NCBI GenBank assembly: GCA_020137815.1
Contig: CM035359.1
Span: 3,224,001-3,288,000, forward strand
Direction: 5' to 3'
Length of the DNA stretch: 64,000 bases
Source: Hormiphora californensis
Taxonomy: Eukaryota > Animalia > Ctenophora
The first letter of the stretch is position 1. Each line of letters opens with the position of its first letter. Of the stretch, positions 13,476-26,555 are shown one piece after another. Made by a program: the position numbers and the translations under genes. The notes below the pieces were generated by a model. It made no database searches. It was not told the DNA's origin and worked only from the letters and a program-made list of their open reading frames with translations.

Positions 13476-14903
13476 CACCGCTGTCAACTTTCCACTTTGA
13501 AGGATGGTAGTAGATGTTAGATAGAACACTAAATAAACACAATATACTTTCCCTTTAGGAAGAAAAAACAAAGTCAAAATATCCCTAAAACCCAAAGCTA
13601 AGGTGCAAGTTTTATCACACAGTATAAAAAGTCGCTTTAAAATATCAAGATTAATAAAGATATGACCCACCTTCCAGCACCATAGGGGGTTTTAAGGGCC
13701 CGGGGTTTCCCAAAATGCTATATCCCTGGGCCATTTAATATTGAGTACAGAACCCTTAATTAATTTTGGGGTTTAGCTTGCACCCCGGGGGGCACATTTT
13801 TGTTACCTTTTCAGGGAGTTTTTAAAGGGGAGAAAAAAGGGAGAGGAGAATTTTGAAAAGGGGGAGAGGAAAAGGGGAGGTGGGGCCCCTGAAGGGGGGT
13901 TTTGGGGGGGGGGGTTTTTTTTTTGGGGGCCAAAACCCCTTTTTTTTTCTCTTTTCACGGGGGGGCCCCCCTTTTTGGGGTTTTCCTTTTTTTACTTGGG
14001 GGGCGGATCTCCTTTTAGCCCCAAAATTTTTTATTTCCTAGGAGGAAAGCCCCAATTTTCTTTTTTTATTTTTTTCCCCCCCTTTTTTTCCCCCCCCCCC
14101 AAAGGGGGGGGGGGAGGGGGGGGGGGGGGGGGGCCCCCCCCCCCCCAAAAAAGGGGGGGAAAAAAAATTTTTTTTTCCCAAAATTTTTTTTTTCCCCCTT
14201 TTTTTTCCCCCCTTAAACCCCCCCCCTTTTTTTTTTTACCCAAAAAGGGGGGAATTTCCCCAATTTTTAAAAGGGAAAAGGGGGGGAAAAAAAAAAAAGG
14301 GGAAGAATAAAAAAAAGGAAGACCCCCCAAAAAAACTTTTGGGGGGCCCCTCTTCCCCCCCTCATCTATCAACTTTATTTGGTTCTCCAAAAAAATTAAA
14401 AATTAAAAATTCATGTAAGGGGGGGGGGGAAAAAAAAACAAAAAAAGAGGGATTTTTTTTCTAAAAAGGCAATGTTCCCCCAAATTTTATTTAAAATTTC
14501 CCCCAATGAAAAAAAAAGGAAATAGTGGACCCAACCCCTTTGGAAAAGGGACAAAAAAATCAAGTACTTTCCTAAAAAAAAAAACCCCTGGAAAACCCGT
14601 TTTCACGGTTTTTGTTTCGCCGTTGGTTTTTTTCCCCAGTCATTTTTTTGTTTCCGTCCTCCCTTTTTTCTTTTTTTCTTTCCCCTTTTTCGTTCCCTTT
14701 TCCCCCCCTTTTTTTTTCCCCCTTTTTTTTTATTTTTCCCCGTCTCAGATAGTCTCCATCTCTCCCTCTTCCTTTTCCCTCTCTCCAATTGTTCTCCCTT
14801 CTCTTCTATCTTTCCTCTTCCTCCGATAGCGTCTCAGTCATCTGCAGATCTGCGGCATCTAATCCTCTTGGGGCTTCTCTAATTCTCTCCCCTCTCTCTC
14901 TCT

Positions 14904-14973
<70 letters not shown>

Positions 14974-15619
14974 TCTCTCTTTCTCTCTCTTTCTCTCTCT
15001 CTCTCTATCGATACCATTTCATATTGCTGTTCTCAACGCATCAATTAAGGGAACTGAATTTGACAGCTTATGAAGTGTCATAGAAGGTGTCAAAACTCGG
15101 GCAAACAAAATTTGCGTTATTATATGTTCTATGGAATGAATAAATCAAAGTCACACTGACCCTACCAGAAAACTATTGATGGGGTCCCGCGATGAGCGTA
15201 CGCCGTACACTCAGTCGTATGCTAGATCTTTTACTTGGTTCGTCGACGAACCAAGTAAAAATTAATAGCGCAATCTCATGGTAATGTCATGTAGACATTT
15301 TACAAAATCACATACGATGTATTTTATTCTAATAAGAGATCACATGTCTCCATGTCTCAATTGCATGGTGTAAATTATCCGTGCCCGAATGAGGTTTTAA
15401 GTAATTAAAGAAACTAGTGGACCCAGACCATCCTACGGATGGCTTACAATTAATTGATTACTCAAGTGACGTACACTAAACTAAAAACACCTAGGAAATT
15501 CCTCGTTTTTCGTATCGCTCTGTTTCTCTGTCTCTCTGTCTCTGTCTCTGTCTGTCTCTGTCTGTCTCTGTCTATGTCTATGTCTATGTCTCTGTCTGTC
15601 TCTGTCTCTCTCTCTCCTT

Positions 15620-15684
<65 letters not shown>

Positions 15685-15774
15685 ATTTCTCTGTCGTCTT
15701 TGTCTATTTTCTACTCTATATGGGGATCTCATCACGCACAGTGGACTGCTGGGTGAAATGTGGGATCTGATAAC

Positions 15775-15945
15775 CACTGGGATGATCTGATACTCACTGG
15801 GGTGATCTGATCATGGGTGGGGTGATCTGATCATGGGTGGGGTGATCTGATCCTCAATGGGATGATCTGATCTTGGGTGGGGGATCTGATCCTCAGTAGG
15901 GTGATCTGATCATGCATGTTGGGTGATGTGATCTGATCTTGATGA
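15775..15945. repeat. ~20-bp minisatellite (gggtggggtgatctgatcat)
   Basis: About 8 degenerate tandem copies. Confidence 0.85.
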
Positions 15946-16734
15946 CGACGATTTAGGGACCACCAAACATGCATGGGTGGGATCAAGTTTCGGGTGTTTT
16001 TGCATTATATAGTAAGATAAACTCTAGGCGCACTAGGTTACACAGGGTGACCCATTGATTCCAAATAACGGTTCGAGCTGTTATAAACCATAACGGGTGA
16101 CCCAAACGCTAAGAAAAGCAAGTCTTTTTTAGCCGCCAAACTTTATAAACAGTACCTAAATACAACGGTTGGCTCGAGCTGCAGTTGCTGTTATAGAAGC
16201 AGTTTATTAACATGACAACAAAAACCCAGCTCACACATGCTAGTTGCTGGCTCATGAATTACTAATCAATATATATATATCCAGCAATCATAGCTTGGTC
16301 TGTATATACTGGTCTAGGGTAATCACACTAGACAGTACACGTTGTTCAAAGGACTCTCTAAATAATTGAGATGATCCTACTGCTCGTCATTGGTCATTAA
16401 ATACTACATGCAGCTTTCAATTATTGACTTGGGGGATATTAAATTCCCTCCTTTTAACTGTATATTGAATTCTAAGGGATTAAATTCCTTCCTTTTAATT
16501 GTGTGAGGAGTGTGATAAATCAACACGAAACCACCACCATCATGATCGATGGGTTGGTGGCATATAGACACCTGACGCGACCCCCGTGTGAGCTCAATCT
16601 TGGTCGCACACGGTGTCTATGTCACCAAATCGATGGGTATCACGTGGGCAAATAATTTATTATATACTTAACTAAAAATAGAAACATGATGGGTTATATC
16701 ACTTGGTTAAAAAATGTTAAAAATTGAAACATAC

Positions 16735-16923
16735 CACATCAGCGAGGGTCTTTATCTCCCCAACCCTAAACTCCTGAATCCCCTCCATCAGCTCCTCCCT
16801 CCTTATCCTCTCTTCCTCCTTAATCTTTCTCATAGTCCTTCGGTTTCTTGGTCCCTCCGAGAAGGAAGGAAGAGGTATCGGACCGGTGAAGAAGTTTGAG
16901 CATGTTGTGTACTGAGAGAGCAT
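16735..16923 (-). CDS. Candidate alternative first coding exon G (MLSQYTTCSNFFTGPIPLPSFSEGPRNRRTMRKIKEEERIRREELMEGIQEFRVGEIKTLADV)
   Basis: Acceptor aaatacAG 52 nt upstream, with an in-frame TAG before the ATG. 63 codons ending at donor GTG|gtatgt, phase 0. Confidence 0.6.
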
Positions 16924-17360
16924 CAGAGCTCTGGTCGAGAGCCGGCCGCTCTACATCGGAATGCTAGTTTTTGGGCTGTATTTCATACGTTAGTCAATTA
17001 TTAGTAGATATCATGGACAAATCAACAGTGTATCATGTTCATAAGCATGGCAAGATTTCGAAAGGGTTGTATTGTTTGAAACCCTAGTGATTTGAGACTC
17101 GAGCTCAACACAAATAAGAAACATGATCTGAATAGCGCCCGATGGTCTCATGGTCATGGTACAGCTTATTTGCATAATTGGATGGTGATTTGCATTCAGT
17201 TACAGCTGAGAGATCAACTGATCGATGTAATAACTGATTTACTTCAAACCACAATTTGTTCCTAGAACGTACTAGGATAGAAGAATTGACTTTACTACTA
17301 CTTTACTACTATATAATTGCGGTCTATAAGTGGGGACTGGGGGACTTGAATTAGTATATG

Positions 17361-17452
17361 CATATCTGCTGTGGCCGAAATAATTTCAAGTTCAGTGAAA
17401 TTTCGCTTACAGAATATAGCATCCACCTATTATTTCGGCCACAGCAGATATG
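17361..17452. mobile_element. 92-bp MITE with 23-bp perfect TIR
   Basis: catatctgctgtggccgaaataa ... ttatttcggccacagcagatatg. No clear TSD. Confidence 0.6.
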
Positions 17453-17492
17453 GTGTAACTAAATCAGCCGGAAGGAGATATCATCTCTACAG

Positions 17493-20400
17493 CCCAGTGT
17501 CCCGATCTCTGGAATATGAAGGAAAGATAAATGCAAAAATTCTGCAGCAAAACAAAATCCTTGCAGCAAAATGAAAAAAATATTGGGGGACTGCAGCAGC
17601 AGCTGCTGCAGCAGCAGAAGATATTTCCCATACTTACACACAGAGATACAGCTGTGGTGGGAGAAATGGCTCACCCTAGAACAATTGCAAGTTAATAGCA
17701 AAAATGCATAATAACCTGTAAATCACTTGTAATTCGAAGTTCAAACTAGTTTTGAAATTTTTTTTAGAAAAATTTTAGTTTTGAAATAGCTTTTGAAATA
17801 GTTTTGAAATAGCTTTTGAAATAGTTTTGAAATAGCTTTTGAAATAGCTTTTGAAATAGCTTTTGAAATAGCTTTTGAAATGGCTTTGGACGGGTGGTAG
17901 AAATGGCTCATGTGGCTCATCTGGCAGCTGCACGATCATTATGAACACAAGGACATTCATATAAAAGCGAAAACCAGTGTACCCGACTAATTTTAATACG
18001 CTGAATCACGTGAGCAACTCTGGCAAGCGCTCAGATGTGAAGAAAGTGCACTAATTGAGCATAATTGGGTGTAATTGACCGGACTTACAACTTTTCTCCT
18101 GAAAACGCTAGAAGTTAATGTGAGGGCACTTTTCCGACTAACTTTGATACGCTGATTCACGTAAGCAACTTTTCCAAGCCCTAAGAGGCGGGGAAATTGC
18201 CCTAATTGAGTCTGATTGGGTCTAATTGACCATAATTGCTCAATTAGGGCACTTTCTTCACCTCTGAGGGCTTGGAAAAGTTTTTTACGTGATTCAGCGT
18301 ATCAAAGTTAGTCGGAAAAGTGCCCTCACATTAACTTCTAGCGTTTCCAGGAGAAAAGTTGTAAGTCCGGTCAATTACACCCAATTATGCTCAATTAGGG
18401 CACTTTCTTCACATCTGAGCGCTTGCCAGAGTTGCTCACGTGATTCAGCGTATCAAAGTTAGTCGGAAAAGTGCCCTCACATTAACTTCTAGCGTTTCCA
18501 GGAGAAAAGTTGTAAGTCCGGTCAATTACACCCAATTATGCTCAATTAGGGCACTTTCTTCACATCTGAGCGCTTGCCAGAGTTGCTCACGTGATTCAGC
18601 GTATTAAAATTAGTCGGGTACACTGGTTTTCGCTTTTATATGAAGTAGCTTTTGAAATAGCTTTTGAAATAGCTTTTGAAATAGCTTTTGAAATGGCTTT
18701 CGAAATGGCTTTTGAAATGGCTTTGGACGGGTGGTAGAAATGGCTCATGTGGCTCATCTGGCAGCTGCACGATCATTATGAACACAAGGACATTCATATA
18801 AAAGCGAAAACCAGTGTACCCGACTAATTTTAGTACGCTGAATCACGTGAGCAACTCTAGCAAGCGCTCAGATGTGAAGAAAGTGCCCTAATTGAGCATA
18901 ATTGGGTGTAATTGACCGGACTTACAACTTTTCTCCTGGAAACGCTAGAAGTTAATGTGAGGGCACTTTTCCGACTAACTTTGATACGCTGAATCACGTA
19001 AAAAACTTTTCCAAGCCCTCAGAGGTGAAGAAAGTGCCCTAATTGAGCAATTATGGTCAATTAGACCCAATCAGACTCAATTAGGGCAATTTCCCCGCCT
19101 CTTAGGGCTTGGAAAAGGTGCTTACGTGAATCAGCGTATCAAAGTTAGTCGGAAAAGTGCCCTCACATTAACTTCTAGCGTTTCCAGGAGAAAAGTTGTA
19201 AGTCCGGTCAATTACACCCAATTATGCTCAATTAGGGCACTTTCTTCACATCTGAGCGCTTGCCAGAGTTGCTCACGTGATTCAGCGTATTAAAATTAGT
19301 CGGGTACACTGGTTTTCGCTTTTATATGAAGTAGCTTTTGAAATAGCTTTTGAAATAGCTTTTGAAATAGCTTTTGAAATGGCTTTCGAAATGGCTTTTG
19401 AAATGGCTTTGGACGGGTGGTAGAAATGGCTCATGTGGCTCATCTGGCAGCTGCACGATCATTATGAACACAAGGACATTCATATAAAAGCGAAAACCAG
19501 TGTACCCGACTAATTTTAGTACGCTGAATCACGTGAGCAACTCTAGCAAGCGCTCAGATGTGAAGAAAGTGCCCTAATTGAGCATAATTGGGTGTAATTG
19601 ACCGGACTTACAACTTTTCTCCTGGAAACGCTAGAAGTTAATGTGAGGGCACTTTTCCGACTAACTTTGATACGCTGAATCACGTAAAAAACTTTTCCAA
19701 GCCCTCAGAGGTGAAGAAAGTGCCCTAATTGAGCAATTATGGTCAATTAGACCCAATCAGACTCAATTAGGGCAATTTCCCCGCCTCTTAGGGCTTGGAA
19801 AAGGTGCTTACGTGAATCAGCGTATCAAAGTTAGTCGGAAAAGTGCCCTCACATTAACTTCTAGCGTTTTCAGGAGAAAAGTTGTAAGTCCGGTCAATTA
19901 CACCCAATTATGCTCAATTAGTGCACTTTCTTCACATCTGAGCGCTTGCCAGAGTTGCTCACGTGATTCAGCGTATTAAAATTAGTCGGGTACACTGGTT
20001 TTCGCTTTTATATGAATGTCCTTGTGTTCATAATGATCGTGCAGCTGCCAGATGAGCCACATGAGCCATTTCTACCACCCGTCCAAAGCCATTTCAAAAG
20101 CTATTTCAAAAGCTATTTCAAAAGCTATTTCAAAAGCTATTTCAAAACTATTTCAAAAGCTATTTCAAAACTATTTCAAAAGCTATTTCAAAACTAAAAT
20201 TTTTCTAAAAAAAATTTCAAAACTAGTTTGAACTTCGAATTACAAGTGATTTACAGGTTATTATGCATTTTTGCTATTAACTTGCAATTGTTCTAGGGTG
20301 AGCCATTTCTCCCACCACATACAGCAGTGCTGCAGTGTTAACAGTGTGTAACAGAGAGATAGAATATGTTGGGGCATGTTCCAGTTGTGCGTAATGCACC

Positions 20401-21104
20401 GACAACAGTCGAGTAAGGGGGAAGGGGAAAGAAAAGAGAGATTCATACTTTAACATAGCTCTCTTTTTTCCCCATAGCTTTACAAAGGGGTGAGATCGTT
20501 ATAGTCACTGTTGCAGTACCTGAGTGGAATTTTCTCGGAATTTTCCATCTCTGCAGTCGCTGCAGCACTGCAGCAGGGAAGGGGAAGAAAAGAGAGATTC
20601 ATACTTTAACATAGCTCTCTTTTTTCCCCATAGCTTTACAAAGGGGTGAGATCGTTATAGTCACTGTTGCAGTCCCTGAGTGGAATATTCCAAGAAATTT
20701 CCACTACTGCAGCAGCACTGCAGCAGGCACTGCAGAGATGGAATATTCCAAGGAATTTTCACTACTGCAGCAGCACTGCAGCAGGCACTGCAGAGATGGA
20801 ATATTCCAAGGAATTTTCACTACTGCAGCAGCACTGCAGCAGGCACTGCAAAGATGGAATATTCCAAGGAATTTCCACTACTGCAGCAGCACTGCAGAGA
20901 TGGAATATTCCAAGGAATATTCCAACCTTCCAACTGCAGTAGGGAAATATTCCAATGTTAGGGGTACTGGGACTGCCGGGGTATTTTAGGACGGTAAAAT
21001 CCCTATCCATGACTCAATGACTGCAGCAAATAGTAAAATTCCTGCAGCAAAACGAGCTCCCAAAATGAAAATTCCAGGCGTGAAAAAAAAATCGGGACAC
21101 CGGG
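17493..21104. mobile_element. Non-autonomous DNA transposon with internal ctgcag-rich ~58-bp tandem repeats; host of the foldback element
   Basis: TIR cccagtgtcccgat / atcgggacaccggg, flanked by direct repeat ctctacag (17485-17492, 21105-21112; the TIR/TSD boundary is ambiguous). Tandem repeats at 20680-20940. Confidence 0.65.
17653..20319. mobile_element. 2.67-kb foldback-type element with long modular inverted repeats
   Basis: Near-perfect inverted arms >500 bp starting tgtggtgggagaaatggc, with 6-bp TSD tacagc. Contains a 12-bp satellite ttttgaaatagc, ~129-bp modules and a ~686-bp direct duplication. A solo end fragment lies at 25215-25240. Confidence 0.85.
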
Positions 21105-23746
21105 CTCTACAGATTATACACCATGGTCGTCATGAATATTATGACTCAATATGGGGCGTGGGAAAGCAGGGTCGAGCAAGACCAGACCAGTATATATGTG
21201 TTGGTAAATACAGCAAGAGTGTAGATGAAGATCTGTTTGCAAAAAATTATACTGTATTGGCACGTGTATCTCACTGCAATTGTGTAAATTGTGGATGGAA
21301 TCGTTTTCAGTAAACACACACAGCTCTGATTCATGTCGCTGGGATGGTCGAAGAAATTTGAAAATCTGATAATGTTTGATTGAGTAGGTTTAACCATATC
21401 AGTATATATATTGAACTGAGATTATCCTTCATTCTAATTACCAAATTAAAGTGTGACGCAAACAAAAAGGCTTGCTTGAATTTGGCCTAACATAAAGAAC
21501 AGCCATTGTGCGAAAAAAAATCGAGTTGAAACTTTTCCCATCTTTAAAAATACATTGTAGACATATATTTCAAATGCATGATCTACACGATCTGAGATTA
21601 CCAAATTTTCATAATTGTGCGAAAATCCCAAGATTAATCGTGCTCGGCATATTGTACTGCACATGTTTTATACAGTATAAAATCCCACAAAACACACAGA
21701 ACGGCAAAGAGAACGGCAATTTTAATCATTAAGACTAGCTTCTACTTAATGATTAAGTATACAGTGATTAGAGCAGTAAGTTTTACTGGTTCATAATTTA
21801 ACATAATTACAATGGCAGCGGTAAAGATCGGAGATGATTCAGAAGCTTTCAACTGAACTATGCAGTAAGCCGTCATTTACCTATGGTAATTAAGTCGAGT
21901 GTGGAATAATTTGCCAGTTCATACTTATTCAAATTTCACATGGATATTAATTCAATATAACGTACGTATTGTTGGAACTACCGCCTGGGCAAAAAAAAAG
22001 TCATGGTACGCCGAGCCTCATATCTCCCAAATCTTAACTTCCATCACTCTGATATTTTGACACAATATTTGTATGGGTACTCATTCGAGGAATCCGGAGT
22101 TTCAGCCCTCTGGATGAAAGTTCATTTTTTCCGCCCGAATGAACATTGAAGGAACACCAAAAAGGGACCATATTTTGGTACCAAAGTTTCACAAATTTGT
22201 TTGGCTATCGATTTTCTTTCGAACGCGACCAGTTTGAGCTTAATTGGATCACCACAAGAATTACAGTGGCCAGTTTACCAAGCCTAGGTTGGGTCATGTG
22301 ATCCCCATCAAATTATGACGTGTTAGCAAGAGAGATTACTATTTTAACGGACGCTGTATCGGTACACCGTCCTCATTAGCAGATGTGATACGTGATACTC
22401 GACCGTTACACCTGCTTATTGGCACTTCGTAATGACACTAGCGTCTCAATGGGGGTCACATGACCAGACCCAGGGTTAGAAAACTGGACACTGCGTCTCT
22501 TGTGGTGGTCCAATTGAGCTAAAACTAGTCGCGTTTGAAAGGAAATCGATACCCAAAGACGACTGTGAAATTCCGGTTTGAAAAAGCATTCCTATTTTCA
22601 AGTTCATTCAGGATTCATTTCAGTCGGAAAAATGAACTTTGAGATGGAGAGCTAAAATTCCGGCTAACATCAACATTGATCAAGTGCAATGGCCGTACCA
22701 ACCTTTAGCGCCTGAAATTACCGATTTCTCCTCAAAATGGGTCAAAATCGATGTTTGGTAAAAATGACCATTTTTTAATCATTTATTTCACCAACTAAAC
22801 TTGATTCATTTTTAATAAAAATTCGGATTGCCATTTATTATTGTTTAATCTAATGCATGGTTGCTTTTTTTAAGAATAAAATCGAATTTGACAATGAGAA
22901 AACGTGGAAAACCCCAAAAAATGAAAAAAGGGGTTCATTAATGAATTTTAAAGATTTAGGAATTGAAACTCCGGATTCCTCGAATGAGTACCCATACAAA
23001 CACTGCCCCTTTTTTTTAGAATGAAGTATTTGCAATTTTGGCGATTTTGAGTTATTTATACCATCTTGATCAGGAGAAAAAGATCTACAAGATGGGCTAA
23101 GTCTCGTGTCTCAATCTTCAAAAAATAGAGTGAAGTGTTTTTTGTGAAGTACTTTTATTTTTGAAAAACTGCAGAAAAGTGAAGCAAATGGCAATTGCTT
23201 CGCTAATATAATTCGGAAATAAATACTGCTTCGTTAAACTTTTCTACCATAGAAGTAATAACCGCAGAAAAATTTGCTTCAGTTGTTTGCTTCATTTAAA
23301 AAATTCTATTGAAATACTTCAATCAGCTGCAGATTTTGTTTGAAGTATTGTCCACTCAGAAGATACTTCACTTCATTTACTTCAATTTGAAAATGCTTCA
23401 TAAATCAGTTGCAGATTTTGTTTGAAGTATTTTCAAATCAGAAGATACTTCACTTCATTTACTTCAATTTGAAAATGCTTCATAAATCTGTGGAATTCAA
23501 ATGCTTCTTGTCGCATCCAGAAAAAATACTTCATAACTTAAGAATACTTCATTTTTTATTATAATATGTGCCATTTATAACACAAGTCCGGCCAAATGAA
23601 GTAATTTCCAAGATTTGTTCTTTGCTGCAGCATCATCATGATGAAGGTCGAACGGAGGCGATCCCTATAATAATTATTCTATTCTGAGTAATTATAATTA
23701 TCGTTCACATCTCGAATTACTCATCCTCACCGTCACAACTACGTCA

Positions 23747-24771
23747 CACAGTGCTGCGAGGGGCCAGTTTGCTTTTTGAGTATTTTAGTCAAAAAACTAA
23801 CTTTTGATATTTGGTTCAGCTCGAAGACCCGGACCAGATGGACTATTCAAAAAGCGCCTTTGCCCACACCTTCCTGGAGAAAAATGAGGTTAACTTTTTG
23901 CCCAAAACTGGTGTTAACCTCAATAAATCATAGACTGCAAGTCATAAGACCATGAAGCCGGTTCTAATAGTTAAATCTCGCCAGGGGTATAGTTTGTATG
24001 TAATTTGACAATCCTAAACCAAGCCATTGGCAAAATTTTAGAGGTTAACATTATTTCCGAAAAGTTACATTTTTGCGATTATTTCGTAATAATTTCGTAA
24101 GGTCTAGCGGAATTTCCAAACGAGATATCTTAGAACTGGGCCTTGTAATTTGGTAAGAAAGGTCCTAACTAACTGAATTAACATTTTGAAGGGAAAAATG
24201 GGGTGTGGTTTTTATTTTATTGAGGTTAACATGCTTAAAAAGTGTAAAAAAAGTGAAATATTACACGTTTTAAGCATGTTAACCTCAATAAAATAAAAAC
24301 CACGCCCCATTTTCCCCTTCAAAATGTTAATTCAGTTACTTAGGACCTTTCTTACCAAATTACAAGGCCCAGTTCTAAGATATCTCGTTTGGAAATTCCG
24401 CTAGACCTGACGAAATTATTACGAAATAATCGCAAAAATGTAACTTTTCGGAAATAATGTTAACCTCTAAAATTTTGCCAATGGCTTGGTTTAGGATTGT
24501 CAAATTACATACAAACTATACCCCTGGCGAGATTTAACTATTAGAACCGGCTTCATGGTCTTATGACTTGCAGTCTATGATTTATTGAGGTTAACACCAG
24601 TTTTGGGCAAAAAGTTAACCTCATTTTTCTCCAGGAAGGTGTGGGCAAAGGCGCTTTTTGAATAGTCCATCTGGTCCGGGTCTTCGAGCTGAACCAAATA
24701 TCAAAAGTTAGTTTTTTGACTAAAATACTCGATATTCTAACTGAACAAAAGTGGCATTTCGCAGCACTGTG
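23747..24771. mobile_element. Transib-like non-autonomous element containing a 953-bp near-perfect palindrome
   Basis: Termini CACAGTGctgcga / tcgcagCACTGTG with a perfect 5-bp TSD cgtca. Palindrome spans 23778-24730. Confidence 0.8.
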
Positions 24772-25623
24772 CGTCACTCCAATCTCATTCTTCGAACTTA
24801 GAACCCCACATTCAAAGGTAGCATTATGTTCCAGTACCGTACTGTCGTAACGACACAACACAACCAGTTGTTAGGTAACTCAACAAGTGGAGAAGAGATG
24901 TCTGGGGGCCGGGGTGATCATGATTCTGGGATTATCTCTATGTAAGAGTGTCACTCTGAGACAAAGAGAGAGAGACACCACAAACAATGTTGTCAAACAC
25001 TGACCTCATAAGGTTTTATAAGTTATTGCCCTAGCGTTTGGTTTCAAATTTACATCATTCCGAAAGGCTAGGGGGCCAGCTGCAGCTGGTTTGAAAACTC
25101 AACCTGTCTGGAGTTCAAATAGTAGCTAACGGACATCCGTGTGTATCGTATCATGCTGCAGCGGTACAATGTTTCTGTCACTCTCAGACATTTGTTGTAA
25201 AATAGTAAAAAATATAGGGTAAGCCATTTCTCCCACCACACGCAGCTGCTGCTTAGTTAGCCACCATGTACATTGAATGTATACCCGTTTCGTTTTGTCT
25301 CTCCTATTGCAATTACAATAAACCGTTTTTATTATGATAATAATTATTGTTATCAGGACGTGATTTAAAAGCACGTTACCCTGTTTTTGATGAAACTTCG
25401 GAGCCACGAGGGTTAATTGACTATGACTATGACTATGACTATGACTATGACTATGGTCTGTCATGGTCTGTCATGGTCTGTCATGGTCTGTCATGGTCTG
25501 TCATGCTATAGAGATATCGATAAAGAAAGAGTAAAAAGTAAGAGAAAGAGTGAGACAAATTTGATAAAAAGATAGAGAAAAAATAGAGTTAAAAGTGACA
25601 GAGTCAAAAATACTTTTACAAAT

Positions 25624-25690
25624 ACCGGGGACTCGAACCCGGAACCTCGAGGCTTATACGACAATGCCCTAACCACTACACCATCTCCGC
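25624..25690 (-). mobile_element. tRNA-derived SINE head or tRNA pseudogene
   Basis: A box tggtgtagtgg and B box ggttcgagtcc at tRNA spacing. The anticodon stem does not pair. Confidence 0.55.
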
Positions 25691-25799
25691 TTGTGAATAT
25701 TTGCAATCTAACCCGCTATATAATGTTTTTGCTGAACCTGCCAGGGACTAGGGAGAAAGATCGAGAGAAACAAGAAGGAGAGAGAAACAAGAAGGAGAG

Positions 25800-25882
<83 letters not shown>

Positions 25883-25919
25883 AGCTGCTGATTTCCCGCC
25901 CGTTTTTTGTTGAAGTATC

Positions 25920-26555
25920 CCCCCGTCACCTTATCTCCAATTGTAACCCCTGTCACTTTGCCTCCCACTGTAACCCAGTCACCTTGTCATCCAATCAATC
26001 ATCCAGTCAGTGATCAGTCAGTGATCAGGTACTATCAGGAGGCAGGATAACCCGGGGAAGGGGGTGACCTAGGGAAGGGGGTGAGTTAGGAGGCAGGATG
26101 ACCTGGGGAAGGGAGGTGAGTTAGGGGTCAGGATGACCTGGGGAAGGGGGTGAGTTAGGGGTCAGGATAACCTGGGGAAGGGGGTGAGTTAGGGGTCAGG
26201 ATAACCTGGGGAAGGGGGTGAGTTAGGAGGCAGGATGACCTGGGGAAGGGGGGTGAGTTAGGAGGCAGGATGACCTAGGGAAGGGGGGTGAGTTAGGGGT
26301 CAGGATGACCTAGGGAAGGGGGGTGAGTTAGGAGGCAGGATGACCTGGGGAAGGGGGGTGAGTTAGGAGGCAGGATGACCTGGGGAAGGGGGTGAGTTAG
26401 GAGGCAGGATGACCTGGGGAAGGGGGGTGAGTGAGGGCCTGTCACCTTATATCCCTTTGTCACCCCTGTCACCTTATCTCCAATTGTAACCCCTGTCACT
26501 TTGCCTCCCATTGTAACCCCTGTCACTTTGCCTCCCACTGTCTCCCATGTCACTG
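25920..26555. repeat. Compound minisatellite: 27-bp units flanking a G-rich 32-33-bp array (26040-26432)
   Basis: gtcaccttatctccaattgtaacccct-type units, and about 11 copies of gttaggaggcaggatgacctggggaaggggggtga. Confidence 0.9.

Noticed and set aside
13560-14760. Second homopolymer block (poly-G/poly-C, G4-like)
   Set aside because: Same artefact signature, grading into a (CT)n microsatellite. Not interpretable.
17775-20197. Identical 61-aa ORFs on opposite strands (also the pairs 53356/55804 and 54054/55192)
   Set aside because: By-products of inverted repeats in non-coding transposons, with no transposase motifs.
25624-25690. Functional tRNA gene
   Set aside because: A and B boxes are present, but the anticodon and acceptor stems do not pair properly.
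26040-26432. Interstitial telomere
   Set aside because: TTAGGG occurs only singly within some 32-33-bp units, not as a tandem hexamer.
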